Shown in pieces: positions 28,524 to 45,993 of a stretch of DNA of 64,000 nt; the stretch's first letter is position 1; each line of letters opens with the position of its first letter. The stretch comes from the human T2T-CHM13v2.0 reference genome, Homo sapiens. A program made the position numbers and the translations under genes. The stretch is from NCBI RefSeq assembly GCF_009914755.1, contig NC_060940.1; one strand, written 5' to 3'. The notes under the pieces were generated by a model, which was not told where the DNA came from, ran no database searches, and was given only the letters and a program-made list of their open reading frames with translations.

Positions 28524-30592
28524 TGGGCACGGGGGCTATACTATCTGCCTCTCTTGGGCACTGTCTTTTTCTGCCTCCTGTCTAGCTTGTGTCTGCATCT
28601 CTGTGTCTTGATAAAGACTTTAGGCTTGACTCAGTATTTGTGTTTGTGTGCTTGTCAGTGCCTGAGATGCAACATTTCAGAGATTTTGAAGCCACATGGG
28701 GGAAATCTTTTAAAATGGGGTACAGATATTGACATACACACTCAATCCTTTTTAAAAATATCCTTGACACACTTAATAGTCATAAATCACAAAAAGACAA
28801 TGTAACTTCATACTCTATGAAGTCATCATATTTGATAATTCTGCAGATTGAAAGCCCAGAAAACCTGGCGAAAATGGAAAAAAGTCTAAAAATTTTTAAC
28901 ACTATCTTCTTTCCCATGTCACAAAGACTCTATAGTCTACATAGACTAAAGACTGTCTTTTTGTCTGTAATTTTATGTCTGTGAATCTCCCTAACCCCAC
29001 TGTAACTGAAAACTAAGCACCAACCATCTTGACAGAATGAAAGAAACAAAGAGCTAGTTAATTCCCTTCCTGTTTATGCTTTTACTACCAGAGCTAAACT
29101 TTATATTAAGTAAGAGTTTAAGCCATTCACCATTAATAAGTCAGACATTTTGAAATAAAAATATTTTTTGTATCTTGCGTTTCCCGGTAGGGATTACATG
29201 TGGCGTTAACCCTTCCCTGTGTCACCCCTCTGATAGGAACAGAAAGCTTTGGTGATAGTTAGATGTGGAAACAGCTGTATTTCATAAATTTGGGAAGGGT
29301 TATTCCCTGCATTGGACATTAGCCATTTACTTTGTGCTTAGCCAGATGCAAGTACGCACAACACGCACGTGTCTGGGTCTCGAGGCAGAGATTGTTGTTA
29401 CTCAGCCCCTGCTGATGGCTGAGTCAGTGTCTGATTCTTGCCATCCTTGTCAGGGGAATTTGGGAGGAGACAGGGGCTTCCTGGGTGGTAGAAATGAGAG
29501 GTCAGAGGCAGGGGGCTGGCATTGGTCGAAGTTAACGCTTTGCCTTTCTCAACTCTGAGGCCACTAAGGTATCTGGACTCAGTCTTGCCTTTTCTCTAGG
29601 TGCCATTGTTTCTGGCATTGCAGGACAAGGTCTTTTGGTAGAGAGGGGAGTGGTGAGGATACAGGGCCTCGAGTTCTGTGGTGGGAGGCCAGGGACTGGG
29701 CTCCATTCCGGCCATGGTGGAGTTAACGGGGGCTGGTGAGGTCACCTCTGGCGCCGTTGTGCACAGATGGTCCTTGTTATGGACTTGTGGTTTTGCTGGT
29801 TGGCAATTCCAGAGACACCATTTTTTAGCTTTGGGTGGATGAGGGGAGGATGGGGAGAATCCAAGACAGACAGGCCAGGCTCTGAACCCCACTCCCTCCC
29901 CCAACTCTCCATTTATGGCCCCTGTCTTGAAGATGTCAAAGTAGGAGCCCAGAGTGTTTAGTAAAAGGGACCTGAAGGCACCACCTCCCTCTCCCTCCCT
30001 CCTCCTCTTCATTCTTTCTCTCCTTCCTACAGAGACTGCAACAAGGCCATCCAGGAAGGGGCCTGGGGTTGACAGGAGGTAAAGCAAGCTTTCTGTGTAT
30101 GCGTGTGCACGCACACACACATATATGAGAGTGACAGACTAAGCAAGAGAGATTGAGATTAGTGTGTTTTGTAGTTTTTAGTTACAACCTTCATTCACTT
30201 CTTTCATTTCTGTGACCATGAGCAGTTTGAGAACCATCTTTGTCCTAGCCTTGATTTCTCCACCTATCAAATGGAGAGAGATTCTCGTGGTCCTGCCTGC
30301 CATGACTGATATATTCATGTCATACATCATTATTACATGAAATTTGCATGGTACAGGTGTGGACCAGGCAGAATGGACAGTGCCCTTGGGGCTGAGGCAG
30401 GGTTCTAGAAGCCCTTGCTGTGTGCCAGGTGTCAATCATTTTGTTGTTGGGTGGTCCACAAGGTCCCACGGGAGGGATTGGGATAACCAGGGAAGCAGGG
30501 GTTCTCTCTGGGAGCTCAGAGAAGCAGCTCCTTACCAACCAGTAGAGATGTTTTCTTAATATTTTAACAATGCATCAACTTCACTGGTGTGA

Positions 30593-30895
<303 letters not shown>

Positions 30896-31736
30896 TGACA
30901 AAAAAAAAACCCATAAGACTCCGAGTGCCCACCTCCTTTCCCCAAGACAGGGGTGCTAAGACATCTGTGCGAATGACATCCACACCAAGATGTCCGTGTA
31001 GCTAGTCAGGATACTTGTCACCTGGTATGGCCTGGGCACTGAAATCAGAACAGACATTGGGCATCAACAGTTGAATTGGTGACACTTAAATGTCAGGCCT
31101 GCTCAGGATCCTCTGACCGACCTGCATCCCTTTTCTCTCAGGCTCTCTGGCAGAGACTTCTCTCTCCTCCTCTCTGACCCTGCAATCTCTCTTCCCTGCC
31201 TTTCCTGGTCTGTATCTCCACCTTTTAGTCTGTTTTTTATTAAGAGCTCCGTGCTTTCCTCCCTGTCTCCTTCCTGCCCTCCTCTCTATCCCTCCCTCCT
31301 TTCCTTCTTCCCTTCCTCCAACAGGAATTTACTGAGCGCCTGCTTTGTGCAGCATACACAGAGGTTGGTCTCTGCAAAGCCCTGCCCAAGGGGGCTCACA
31401 GCTGAGGGGCATGTGCTGGTGCCATCAGCTTCATCCAACTCCCTTTGCCCCTAGCCCATCTGCCCCCTTCCATGGGAGGCTCATTAGAACTCTGGAATCT
31501 GGCTTCCTGGGTTTGAATTGCAGCTCTGATACTTCCTAGCAGTGTTGGCTTAGGGAAATTTCATCATCTCTCTGATCTATTTCCCATCCATGAAACGCGG
31601 TGCTATTCAGTCCCTCCTGCACAAGGCTGTTGTCAGGGGTGGGTGAGATGAGTCTAAAGATACAGTGCCTGGGACTGAGTCTAACTTAGGTGTGGTTCAT
31701 TAAGGTCAGCGTCATGTCATTGCTTCCTGGTGGTAG

Positions 31737-32006
<270 letters not shown>

Positions 32007-32989
32007 TAAACTTGCTCCAAAAACCTTCCTGAGACCTCACCCACTTCAAGCATAGACACTGCCCCCCAGACACCCACCTACCCAGACCCGCCCACCTGGG
32101 CTGAGACAATGCCCATCTCTGGTGGAGCCAAGGTCCCTGCTTAGATCCTGCCCATCCAGGTGGAGGCACAGCCTCCAAAATCAGACCCTGGTAGACCAGA
32201 TGCTGCTACTCACCTCCCGGGTAAGAACTGGCCTTCCTGAGGGGTCACTGCTCTTGTCTTCCCCTTCAGCCACCCTCCAGGCGGGCTTGTGACTACCAAA
32301 ATTGGCTGAATTCTGAGCACAGATTACCAGAGAGACAATTCTCCTAAGAGACATTCCCACTGCACAAAGAGGTGCCTTCAAGGAGCTGGTAGGCAGTAGA
32401 AGAAAGGAAAAAAGGAAGAGCCTCATGCTTGATCTGACACCATGGTCCACGCAGCCCTGGGGGAGCCCCCAGAGCCCTCTCTCCCCCATCAGTCAGCACC
32501 ATCTGTTACCAGGGTGTAAATGGTGGGTCCTCGTCAGTCCTGGGTGCTGAGGATGGAGCTGACTGGGACAGCTCTCTGCCCCCTAGGACTCACAAGCTCA
32601 GGGGAGAGAGTGACCAGGAGACAGCTTGTGACCTTACTATGTGCTCAGTGCAGTGAGCAGGGTGCTTGGGGCCCTGTGCCCAATCTAGGCTACAGAGCCC
32701 AGGGTTGCAGGGTTGCTTAAAGCTCCCTGATGGCCCATAATGGCCAGGTCAGTGGGCAGGTCCAGGGCCTGTCAGAATTAGGCAAGCCTGTCTTTATGTT
32801 GCTTTCATTCTTTTTAATCATCATGAGATGGAACTTGGCAGATGTCAGTGGACAGAGGCTGGCCAAAGGAGGTTTTCTTATCCCCTGCTAAATTCCTTGC
32901 TAGGACACAGTCTGATTTTACCAGCTTAAAGGTGGGATTCTCCACCTTCCTGAGTGGTTCAAGTATCCAGAGCTCAGTGGCTCACCCAG

Positions 32990-33395
32990 GGTGAATATTA
33001 TAGTCTCCTGGGGCTGCCATGACAAAGTGCCACAAACTGATGGCTTGAAACAAACCCCATGTATTCTTTCATGCTTCTGGAGGCTGGAAGTCTAAAATCA
33101 CGGCGTCAGTAAGGCCATGTTCCCTCTGAAGGATGCGTCACTCCAGTCTATGCCTCTGTCATGACATGGATGGCCTTCTTCCCCCTCTGCTTGCCTCTCC
33201 TCCTTTTTTTTTTTTGAGACGGAGTCTTGCTCTTGCCCAGCTGGAGTGCAGTGGCATGATCTCGGCTCACTGCAACCTCTGCCTCCTGGGTTCAAGTGAT
33301 TCTCCTGCCTATTTCCAAATAAGTTCACATTCACAGGTCCCTAGGGTTAAGACTTGGGCAAATCTTTTCTGGGGGGACGCATTTAACCACAACAG
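32990..33395 (-). mobile_element. MLT1-type LTR interrupted by an Alu fragment (about 33204-33310)
   Basis: GGGCTGCCATGACAAAGTGCCACAAACTGATGGCTTGAAAC...GGCTGGAAGTCTAAAATCA. Confidence 0.65.
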
Positions 33396-33743
33396 GGTGT
33401 GACACAGGTTTTGCTCGCTGGCTGTGGCTCAGCCTGTGCAACCACGCTAAGTGTGAAAGGTTTTTACTGCTTTCACCTGGGCAGAAATGGTGGCAACATG
33501 GGGCCAGCCTATCCCCACTCTTCTTACCTCTTCAGAGAGGCTGAGGAGCTGGGTTTGTAGAGCTCATCTTTTATAGAGAGACATAAAAAGCCAGGAAGCA
33601 GGATTTTAAAATGAATGGGGTTTTAAGTAGAAAATTCGCAGATACTACTTGTTCTGTTCCTTTATAGCACACCTGTCCTGATACTGACTTGGAAAGAGAC
33701 AAGAAGACTTTGGCTGACCCCACTTGGAAACAATAGGCACTAA

Positions 33744-34139
<396 letters not shown>

Positions 34140-34554
34140 TAGCCTGGGATGGAGGCCCAGGGGGTGGGACCAGCAAGATCTCATCCAGCCAGGAGTGCTG
34201 GAGACGAGGGCAGGAAATGGGAGTGTTGACCTGGTCTTGGGAAGGCAGAGCAGCTCTCCAAGGGGATACTTGGATAACTCTTCCCTATCCGAACAATGCT
34301 AATATCCATGTCACTCTTAGCGCTCCATTTCTGGGTTTCTCCCATTTTCTAGGTGAGTAAGGTCACCTGGTGCAAGGTTACACAGGTTTGAGCAACCCAG
34401 TGGAGTTTAGAATCCAGGAGAATAGCCAAGTACAGGACAGAATTTTCCATCATGTGGAATGACCTTAACAATACGGGGGTGGAAGTTTCTAGTTTTCATA
34501 ATAAGCTTTGATTTTTAGTATGTAGTAGAAACAGAACAACCAGTGCCTTAAGCC

Positions 34555-34555
<1 letters not shown>

Positions 34556-34599
<44 letters not shown>

Positions 34600-34601
34600 T
34601 T
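34556..34601. repeat. (TTTA)n microsatellite
   Basis: Direct reading. Confidence 0.95.
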
Positions 34602-35264
34602 GTTGGTTCTTACAGTGAGGCTAGAGTTTAAAAAGTCAGTTCATTTTTAAAAAATATTTAATGGTCCAGGTGATATCTGAGCCAGGCCAAAATAGTGAAA
34701 ATGGTGCTTGAGTGATGAAGTTTGGGGACTGCTAGACTCAGGAAAAAGCCCAAGGTCTGCCGTGAGGGGTGCTGGGTTCAAATGTGGCCTCTGCCCTTCA
34801 CTAGCTGCAAGATATTGTGTAAGTCTTTATACCTCTTTGGACTCAGTTTCCTCATCTCTAAAATAATTGCTTATCATGAAAAGTGCCATACTGTCAGTTC
34901 TGGACACACCAGCGGCCCCCTGACCGCCCTGACTCTTGTGGGCATAAGAATCTGAGCTTTGGGTTTGAATCCTTGGGCAAGTCACTCAACTTTTCTGGGC
35001 CTCAGTTTCCTCACCTGTGAAATGGTGCAATCATGATACCCCACTCCCAGGGCTATAGAGAGGACTGATTTGGGTGATGTCAGTAAAAAACATATATAAA
35101 GTACAAAGGGCCCCAGGACTCCCCAAGTCCAGGCATCTTCTTGTTACCTTACGGAGCTTACACTAAGGCCAGAAGGCGATTTCTTCTGACTCTTAGATGG
35201 TTGGGTGGGCACCCCTGGGGGCTCACCCTAGTGGGGAGAACCTCTGGAGCTGCAGAGAGTCTAA

Positions 35265-35420
<156 letters not shown>

Positions 35421-36154
35421 TGAGTGCAGGAGCTTGCTTCTTGTCCTCCTTGTCTCCTGTCCTCTGCTCTTATACCATTATTCTTTTCCCTCACTCTTCG
35501 CTGAAGACTCCACCAAATGCTTCCCAGAATGACCTGAATTAGGCAGTTTCTGCTGTGTATCAAACAACCTCCAGGTTTCAGTGGATTTGCACCCAAGCAT
35601 TTTGTTTGCTCTCTCATAGTCTGTGGGTCTACTAGCTATCTTGACTTTCAGCTACAGTTTGGGTTCAGGTGTGCTCTGCCTGTTGTTCTCATGGGATTAG
35701 CAGCTACTCATGGCAGATGACAGGGTGCAAGAGGCCAAACTGAACTACACAAGCTCATTTAAAGCCTCCACTCACATCTTGTCTGAGAATATTCCACTGC
35801 CTGAAATAAGTCACATGGCCAATCCCAAGACCTACCCTAGAGGGTAGTACTGCAAAGTCACATGGAAATGCATATGAATGCATAATCCTAAAATCGAAAT
35901 GGAGGGAAGAATTGGGAACCATAATTCAGTCTACCACAGGCCTTCTAGAATGGCGTTGCCCTCAAATGGCCAAATTACTCTGTGTATGGGTGGTGAGTGA
36001 CTGCAGAGTAGAAAGAGGTGGTATTCTTCATGCTATAGATAAAGATCACCACTCAGTTGACTAAAGACTGAGGTTTACCCTAATGCCCTAGTTCCCTGGA
36101 GAATGGCAGGCAGTATCTAGGACCTCATTAAAGGGTCTGTCCTTCCATTCTTCT

Positions 36155-36292
36155 ATCATCCATCCATCTACCCATCCATCCATCCATACCTATATCTTTC
36201 CATCCATCATCCATCCATCCAGCCAGCCATCTATTATCCATTATTTATGATCCAGCCATCCATTATTCATTATTCATCCATTTATTCATTCA
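36155..36292. repeat. Degenerate (CCAT)n/(TCAT)n
   Basis: Direct reading. Confidence 0.85.
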
Positions 36293-36656
36293 TAGAGTAT
36301 AGTAGTTGAGAAAATGGACTCTGAAGCCAGATTCTCTGGGTTAGAATTCTGTAACTGCTACTTACTGGTTATATAATCATAGACAAGTTAATTAAGTATC
36401 TTCTTTGTACCTTGGTTTCCTCATTTATAAAATGGGGCTAATATTCCAACCTATCTCCTAGGGCTGTTGTAAGGATTAGATGAACTTAGTGCTGAGAACA
36501 AAAACAATGCCTGACACAGAGTAAGTGTATTCATATTAGCTATTGTTATTGACAAATAATTGTTTGGCATCTACTGTGCCAAATACTTTGCTAGGCTTTA
36601 GTAGCTGGAGGAGGAAGAATGATGTTCTCGGGACAGTGGGGTGGGGGGCTGCTAGA

Positions 36657-36850
36657 TCAGTGTTCTCAAAGACAGGCGCATGGGCCTCCTATAACAGAAC
36701 CATCTAGAGTGTGGGTATTAAAAGGTGGGTTTTCTGCCCCAGCTTCAGACCCTCCTGACTGGAACTCTGGGGCTAGGCCCCAGGAATCTGCGTTTTAGCA
36801 AATTCTCCCAGTGATTCTGATGCACATTAAAGTTTGTGCATCACAAGTCC
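36657..36850. mobile_element. MER5-like DNA transposon
   Basis: CAGTGTTCTCAAAG...CCCAGGAATCTGCGTTTTAGCAAATTCTCCCAGTGATTCTGATGCAC. Confidence 0.65.
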
Positions 36851-38189
36851 AGTTTGAGAAATAGGCATGGAGAACTGACATGGCAAGATGAAAGAAAAGT
36901 GATCGCAGAGGTGTTAGGTGCTTTTGTGAGCACGTCCCAGTCAAGGAAGGCTTCACAGATGCAGCAGCATTTGAGCAGAGCCTTCAAAGGAGAAGCAAGA
37001 ATCTGATGGGGGTGACAAGTTAGGAGGTTCTTTGAGACAGAGGGACCTGCAGAGCCAAGCCATAGTGATGTGAAAGTTTCTGGATTAGCCAGTGAGAATC
37101 TGGTGAGGCTAGAAGATGTTCCATAAACTTTCAGGAAGAGTTTCCTCTACTCTAGGCACTGGGCCAAATTCTGGGGTGCAGATGCCTTGCCCTTCACAGG
37201 GTCTGCTGGCCAATGGGGAAATGGCAAGAATGCAATGAGAGATGAGACTTAGAATGTAGTGAGAAATCAGGTCCCGTCAGGCCTCGAATGCCCAAATCAG
37301 GATATATAACAGCAGATGTCAGCACTGCTCTGCAGTTCCCATTGTAAGGATCTGGCAATGTGCTTCATCTGGAGCTCCTCCCACTAAGAAAGCCCTGACC
37401 ACACATGCAGATCTCAGATGTGTGGGGCCTAGGAAAGGATGCAGAGCCCAGACCCAGGCTGGAGCCATCCCTGGCCTACCACATCACAGTTTTCTTTCAA
37501 AAGGAACGTGATGAGTGTTTAATGGGTTTATTTGATTAACCAGTAAATATTAAACTTCAACCATGAGCAAAAATTGCTGCTAGGCACTGGTGAGGGTGGG
37601 GGTCATGAAGGACAGTATTGCAGGATGATTAAACTCAGACTTTGGAGTCAGATCTGGATATGAATCTTGGTAATAACTAATTTATTTAGTCATTGATGTA
37701 GTGATAACTAAGTAATTTGAATCCTAACCTCTCTGAGCTTCATTTGCTAAATAAAAATTGTGACACCTTCCTACGCTAGGATGTTTTTCTGCAAATAACA
37801 GAGACCATCCCTCTGCAAACTCAATCCAGCCTAAACAGTAGAGAGAAATTGCTTTCATTTGGTACAAAGTCCAGGGGTAGAGCTGCCTGCAGGGGCAGAG
37901 AGAGGGTCAGTGACTTGATGTCTTTGTCCACTGCTAGCCTCTGCACTTACTTCATCCTAAGGCCGGTTCTACCTCATGGTCACAAGAAGGTTACCAGTGG
38001 CAGTTGGGGCTCTAATCCCTGCCCTCTCCCAGGAAGCGAGAGAGAAAGAGACACGCACAGATACACACACACAGACCCCCAGATGTGAAATACAAGTCTG
38101 TGTGTTCCGTCTTTACACCACTGTAAGTCATATGGCAACTGCTGAATCAGTAACAGTGCTAGGGAATGCTAAACTCTGATTGGCTTAGA

Positions 38190-38378
38190 CCAGTAGTTCT
38201 CAAACCTTGGCATGCGTTAGAATCATCTGGAAGGCTTGTTAAAACACAGATTCTGGGCCCCAAGCCCAGAGATTCTTATCTGTAGATCTCTGTAAGGACC
38301 CAATCATTTGCATTTCTAATGAGTTCTCAGGTGACGCAGATGCTGCTGGTCAGGAGACTGCACTTTGAGAACCAGTGG
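38190..38378. mobile_element. MER5A-like DNA transposon
   Basis: CAGTAGTTCTCAAAC...CACTTTGAGAACCAGTG termini. Confidence 0.75.
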
Positions 38379-38848
38379 CTTATACCAATCAGTATCTACC
38401 CCTAGAATGGGGGTAGGGGACACAGGGTCAGAGGAGGTGAAGGCTGGATCATAAATGTGGAGTTTTGTGAAGAAGGATGGTGGGGAAATAGATAATTAAT
38501 GCTAGGTAGACCATCCAGAGTGCATGCTGTCTTAAAAGATTGTGGGGATTAAATTACAAGGCACATAAATAAAGCACATGGCATTTAGTAGGACCCTCAA
38601 TAAATGATAACTCTTACTCTTGACAAAGTACACAAATTCATTTCATTTTAATTCAGGAAATACTTGAGTGTCATCAGCTCCTGCCCCAATTGGCCTCTAA
38701 TCAAATAGGAGAGTTAAGACAAACAGACACTACTGTTCCAGGCACTCAGAGTTGATGATTTTGAGAGGCTTAGAGAGGGAAAACACAATATGGATGGAGG
38801 TAGTCAGGGAAGGCTTCCTGGAGGAGGTAGAGGGAGAGAACAGGGTAG

Positions 38849-39394
<546 letters not shown>

Positions 39395-40372
39395 TAGCAT
39401 TAACCCTCAGTGTACACATTTCATTTTCTTAATTCTTTTCAATCCGTCTCATTTCTTTTCTAGAAGAAAAAAAAGTCTCAGTTTAGTGCTGGTGTGTCCC
39501 TAACGCCTTTGTAGTGATACAGTCTTTGGCAGGTAACAGTTTTAGTTCGAATGTTTTAAAGAATATTTGTTTTCATTTTTACTTTTAGACATAAATTGGT
39601 TTTAACAGAGGCAGTTAGTTATAATAGTGTGGAGTTTCAAATCAGGACAGAAACGGATTATTCAGTAACTGATATTTTGACAGTCAAAAAACATTTTTTA
39701 ATAAATTTATTTTTAAAGATTTCAAAATGAATTCACTGAAAGCAGAATGTTAAGTAAATAATAGTACAGGGAGCCCCTAGAAGTGGTAGAAATCATCAAG
39801 GTGAGGTCTGTATGGCTAAGGTTTACTCATTTAACATTTATTGGAGCATTTCCATGCGCTGGGCTTTGCCATACCCTGGGGATACAAGCTCTGCCTTCGC
39901 GATGCTCACAAACCACTCAGGGAGACAGACAGCTGGGCTCTTATGAGGGGTAAAGAAGGATTTAGGAGGTCCCTGTCCTGGTCTGAGGTGGGATCCTAGA
40001 GAAGATAAAGGCTCAGCCAAGACTGTTGTCTCCACCACCTGGCTCCCACCTCCCCCAATCCACCGTAATCATGGGTCCCGGAGAGGACAACTGCTGGCTC
40101 CTAGGGCACCTTTTTGCAAATTAGCAAAAGGTGCCTCTTTATGACAGCAAGGCCCTTAGAGTGCACGACTTGGTGAGCAGAGTGTGAGCTGGATTTATCC
40201 CCCAACTCATGTCCTTGACCAGGCACCTTCTGTAATTGACTTCTAAAGCCCTCTGTGTGAGCCCTGATTCTGGGCACTGCAACCAGGAGTGAGCAGGAAG
40301 TTGCACTCTGTTGGGAATGGCTGCAGTGGGGCCCGTGGACAGACAGATGATGGGAGGAACAGGCTGGCCTAG

Positions 40373-40576
<204 letters not shown>

Positions 40577-41011
40577 TAAGGGAGGGCGGTGGGTAGGACA
40601 GCAGCACAGTTGGCTGCGAGAGACAGAGAAGCCGCCCTGAGGCTTCAAGCCTCCTGGGCTGAGTTCAGAGGTTGGTGGGCTCTGGATGCCCTCTCTCTGG
40701 TATCTAACCTCTTTGGTCTCTGGCACCTCTGAGATGTTGCCAAAGGTGAACCATTCTTGTACACATTGCTGATATAATTCTGGTGGAATATCCTTTCTCT
40801 TTGCAGAATTCTTTTGATTGGCCCATGTCTGGTCTGGACCCTCACATTTTGAAATGACTCACTGAAGAAGGGGGTAATAAAAATAAAGATAATAACTGCT
40901 CCTATTGACACTATGTGTCAGAGACTGTCCCAAGGGTTCTATGGGATAGGAATTATTATTCCTCCCATTTTACTGATGAGGAAACCTGGGTTCAGAAAGG
41001 TTAGGTAACCG

Positions 41012-41342
<331 letters not shown>

Positions 41343-42619
41343 TCACATAGCCAGGTAGGGACAGGTTGGGATTTGAACCCTGGCATTCTGTCTCCTGGGA
41401 AAACATGTTAGTCTTCACTCTTCACTACTATTCTATACCCGAGATGGTGGAATGGGGGTTCCAAGAGATGGGGGAACATGAAGGCAGTGGACAAAATATG
41501 AAGAAGACTTAGAGATGGGTGCACCAGTCATCCATAGAAGCCAGCATCCAAATCAGACCCCATGGAAGGAGCAGGTGCCCTGTGTCATGCTCACAGCAGG
41601 CCCGTGGCTGTGGGTGCAGGTTGGCAGGGGAACAATTTGGAAGCAGATGGTTCTGTGCTCCAGGTTATCTACAGGAAAGGGTCCAGTTCTGAGGGGCTAT
41701 AGTCATGACCAGGGAACCTAATATCCAGGAGTGGCTGGTGAGAGGTAGCCCAAACCTCAGGAGTTTGACTGTAATTCTTCACACTTTCTAGAAAAGGAAA
41801 AGGAGGTCCAAAGAAATTAAATAACTTGTTCAAGCTATAGAGATATGTGTATTTGCACAAAGCCAGGATTATAGCTACTTCTCTTGTATTCTAACTGAGT
41901 ACCCCCTCCACTATACCTGCCAGTCCATTTGATTAGTGAGGAAAGAGTGGTCGGGGCACAAAGACTTGTGGTGTGTCTTTCCATCCCCTCCCTCCTGGTA
42001 TCCCCACATTCCTTCCATGGCTGCCACTGCATCTGGGCCCTACCCAAGAATTTTAGAGGGCACTTCCTGAGGCCTTTGTCTGCCATCCCCAAAACAATCC
42101 CGCTTACTTCCTAAGGCCTCTGTCTTCTCCCCCTTCCCTCCTCCCCACTACTCTGCCCCCCAGCTGCCCTGCATTCAGAAACTCTTTATATCCCAGGCCT
42201 GCCCATGTCAGGGTGGAATTCCAGACATATTGCTAAGACACTTAGCAACCTAAGCTGATTGATATCTCAAGCCTCAAGAAAGAAAACAGTCAGGCAGGAA
42301 ACCACAGAGCAGGCTTTCCACCCACCAGCTCCAGACACTAGCCCCAGACAGTGTGCACGCACACGCACACACACACACGCGTACTGCGAATGGCATCTCA
42401 GCATTGTAGGAGCCCTGAATCTCCAAGTCTTAGAATTGTGGCTGGTGAGCCGCACAGACTCACAGAAACGTGAATCTTAGAATCCTAAAGCCCTGAAGTT
42501 TTCAAATTATGGTGTTGGAAGAACTTTTTAAATCACTTTTCCATGCACTGTATCTATGTAAACATGCAAAAACAGACCTGTTCCTAGCATATAGGAACAT
42601 GATTGTGTGCGCATGTGCG

Positions 42620-42622
<3 letters not shown>

Positions 42623-42661
<39 letters not shown>
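42623..42661. repeat. (CA)n microsatellite, intron 11
   Basis: Direct reading. Confidence 0.95.
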
Positions 42662-42663
<2 letters not shown>

Positions 42664-44862
42664 CATGGAGGTTGTGGCAGTGCCTTGCTGGATTTCCAGG
42701 CAGAGTTATTTGCCTCCCAGTCCTTTTCCACACAAGCCCACCTCCCAAAGCCAGAGCCAGGACAGACAGCGTGCTCTACAGAGGAACCACCCTGAGACTT
42801 CCTGAAAAGGGACAGAGCTGAAGGGCCTATCAGAAGCTCTGGGCTGGCTTCCAAAGGAGACAGATCTCTATTCCAAGAGAAGTGGTGAATGAGCTTGTGA
42901 CACTGGCCCTGCCGTGGAGTCTGCAGAGGCCCCAGAGGCATCTTTGCTGGAGAAGGAGAGAGAGCCCCAGAGTGACAGAGGCTGAGCAGCTGTCTTCAGC
43001 ATGCCAAGAAGAGCTCAGGCCCTGCTTGTAGAAGCTTTCACTAAGCCACAAATATATGTTCCACATCTGCTGTGTGCCAGGCACTTAGCTAGCTGCTGGA
43101 GAGACGGGGGTCAAAAAATCATCACACCCTGCCCTCATGTAGTTTATAGTAGAATGAGGGAAAATTATGTAAACACATTTGAATCAGATAATGATGGCTC
43201 TCAGTATGGGGCCTCTACCATAGCCCAGCCTGAGGCTATGCAGGTCACCTATATTTCTCAGTTGAGGTAGATACTGTTAGCTCCTTTTCCCAAGTGTGGA
43301 AACTGAGGCTAAAGTGGCTCAAGGAAAAGCTGGGACACAAATATCTGTGTTCTTAACACCTGCTATACATGGCAACTTCTACAGCTGCAGAGAAGTACCA
43401 CATCTTCTGACACCACAGTGCTTGTATTCTTTCTGGATGAAAAGAACTTGGAAGCAAACTAATTCTCTTATCTGAGACTCAGTTTCCTCATCTGTAAAAT
43501 GGGCTTGACTTCTGCCATCCCCACCTTCTGTGGGTAGAATGAGAAAGAAATGAGGGCCAGTTCAAGTGTGGGACACACATCTCCAAACTATCCTAACGCT
43601 AGGGAATGTAGTTTGAGGGCTCAGTGGAGGTGCCTTGGATGGGAGTGTTGGGATTTTGAGCTAGGGAACTTGGTTTTGGTGACCCAGGGCATGAGGAAGC
43701 ATGCCAGGTTTTGTAAGAATGAGTTTTATGCTGCACCTGGGATTAAGGAAGGCGTTAGTTCTTCGGGGTGATGGCTGAGGGAGAAGTCCCTTTGAGGGAG
43801 AAGTCTCCTCTAGAAGGGAGCATATAGGGAAAGCTGCTGTTGGGGTCCAGGGTGGAGGTGGTCAAGGCTGGCTGCAGAAAGGAAGGGAGCCCCCTAGGAG
43901 GCACTGTGGAGCAAAAGGTGGCTGCTACCAGGATGGGATGCGAACACAGATTCATCTAGAAACAGCTCCACTTGGGCAAGACTTGTTTACTAGGATATCC
44001 ATAGCTCCCATAGTGGGAGCTCAGTAAATATTTATGGAATAATGAAGTGGAGAGGCAAAGGAATCAACATGACAGCAGCATTTAAAAAGTTCTCCAAAAA
44101 TCTTAAAAGACAGAAGGATTGCTAGCCAGGGAGAAGAACATACTAACCGATGCCCAAAGTATTTACCTGAATTAAAGGCGGGGCCCAGGATTGCTGCCGC
44201 CGGAACTGAGGTGGCATGTGGCCCACCCTGTGACTAACAGGCCTTGGACTTACACGTACCTTCCACCTTGCATTGTAACCTCACTGCCCCAGCCATGGTC
44301 ATCTCCCAGGGCAGGGACTGTCATCTCCCTGTGGCAGATGAAGAAGCAGCAATTTTTCCAAGCCATGAAGTGAAAGAATGATGGGGCAGATTCCCATCCC
44401 TGGGCTTCTAGTTTAGCACTCCTCGGATTACAGCAGGGATTTGTTTGTAAGGGAGCTAACATTTCTTAAGTACCTACTAAATATTTATGAGACATGGGGA
44501 TAGAGGCTCTGCATGTGCTGTTTTATTTAATGCATGCATTAAATTAAATACACTAAATTAGACACAACCCCATTTTACAGCTGGTAAAACTGTAGCTGTA
44601 TGGAAAGTGGTTAACACACTGTTTGGCATGTAGTAAGTGCTTTATAAATGTTAGCAGTAATCATGAGATTGTTTTTATGGGGTCATCCAAAGTCATATAA
44701 TTAAAAGTGGTAGATCTGAGGCTCAGACTCAGGTCTGATTCCATGCCCTTCCTTCCACTGCAGCTGGCTGCTTCCCTGAAGGGCTAGGTCCAGTTTCCGA
44801 GGCCTATCCAGGAGCCATCAGCTGGGTGCTCCCATCCAGGCCAGGGGGGAAGTGTCCTTTAG

Positions 44863-45039
<177 letters not shown>

Positions 45040-45993
45040 TAGGACTCCCCGCCCCTAGCCAGGGCCCAGCTCCTTGCAAATACACACTTCTTTATTGTGC
45101 AGGGCAGGCAGGCAGGCGGCGCCCAGGAAAACAAATCAACTCCTTCATCCTAGTGCTGGGAAGGTTTCCAGATCCCTGACCTCTGCTCCTTGGCCTGGCT
45201 CCAGGCAGTAAGACCCAGAAAGACTTCTCACAGCTGCAGGGCCTGGAGCCAGGGCAGGGGAGGGCGGAAGGCCTGGGCCAGGGGAGAAGGAACATGGGCT
45301 CTGTGCCGTGGATTCATTCTGGGGTTTGATCCAGGCCCATTTGCGTTTTGCAGGAGGCCTGTGACCACCTCCCATTAGCAGAAGGATGGCTCCATTTGAG
45401 ACAAGGCAAACTTTGTCATGCTCTGTTGCTCATGTGGCAAAGATCCTCCACTCAACCAGTTTGCCCCTGGCCCCCTGCTGATTAAAACACAACCAGTAGC
45501 AGCGAGGGATAGAATTTGGAGTTTGAAAATCATACTCTTGAGGAGGCATCTGTGAGCTTTCTAGGGTCCTGGAAATGGGTCCAGTTTGGCTTTTTTTAGA
45601 GGAGATTTCAACTAAATTCCACAGATTTTTTTTTTTTTGAGCACCTACTGTATGCTAAGCACAGGCCCTGACCTCCAGTAGCTGAAGGTCTTACATGTCC
45701 AAGAAAATGCAGTGTACAATCAGATGCTAGATTAGGAGTTATCTTCAAGAATAAACATCTATTGAGCACCTACTACATGCTAGCATATTAATAGTAAATG
45801 AGATTATGTATGTCAGGAGTCACAAACTCCAACAGCTCCATGTGTCAGGCAGGTAGCACAAATGAGTAAAGCAGGCAGGGGCAGACAGTGGGGAACTGTG
45901 GAGTCTGTGCGGAATCAGAGCACATGCCTCATTTACAGGAGACACTTTCTTCTCACCTTCAGATAATTATTGGCGGGCAAGATTAGGGGCCTA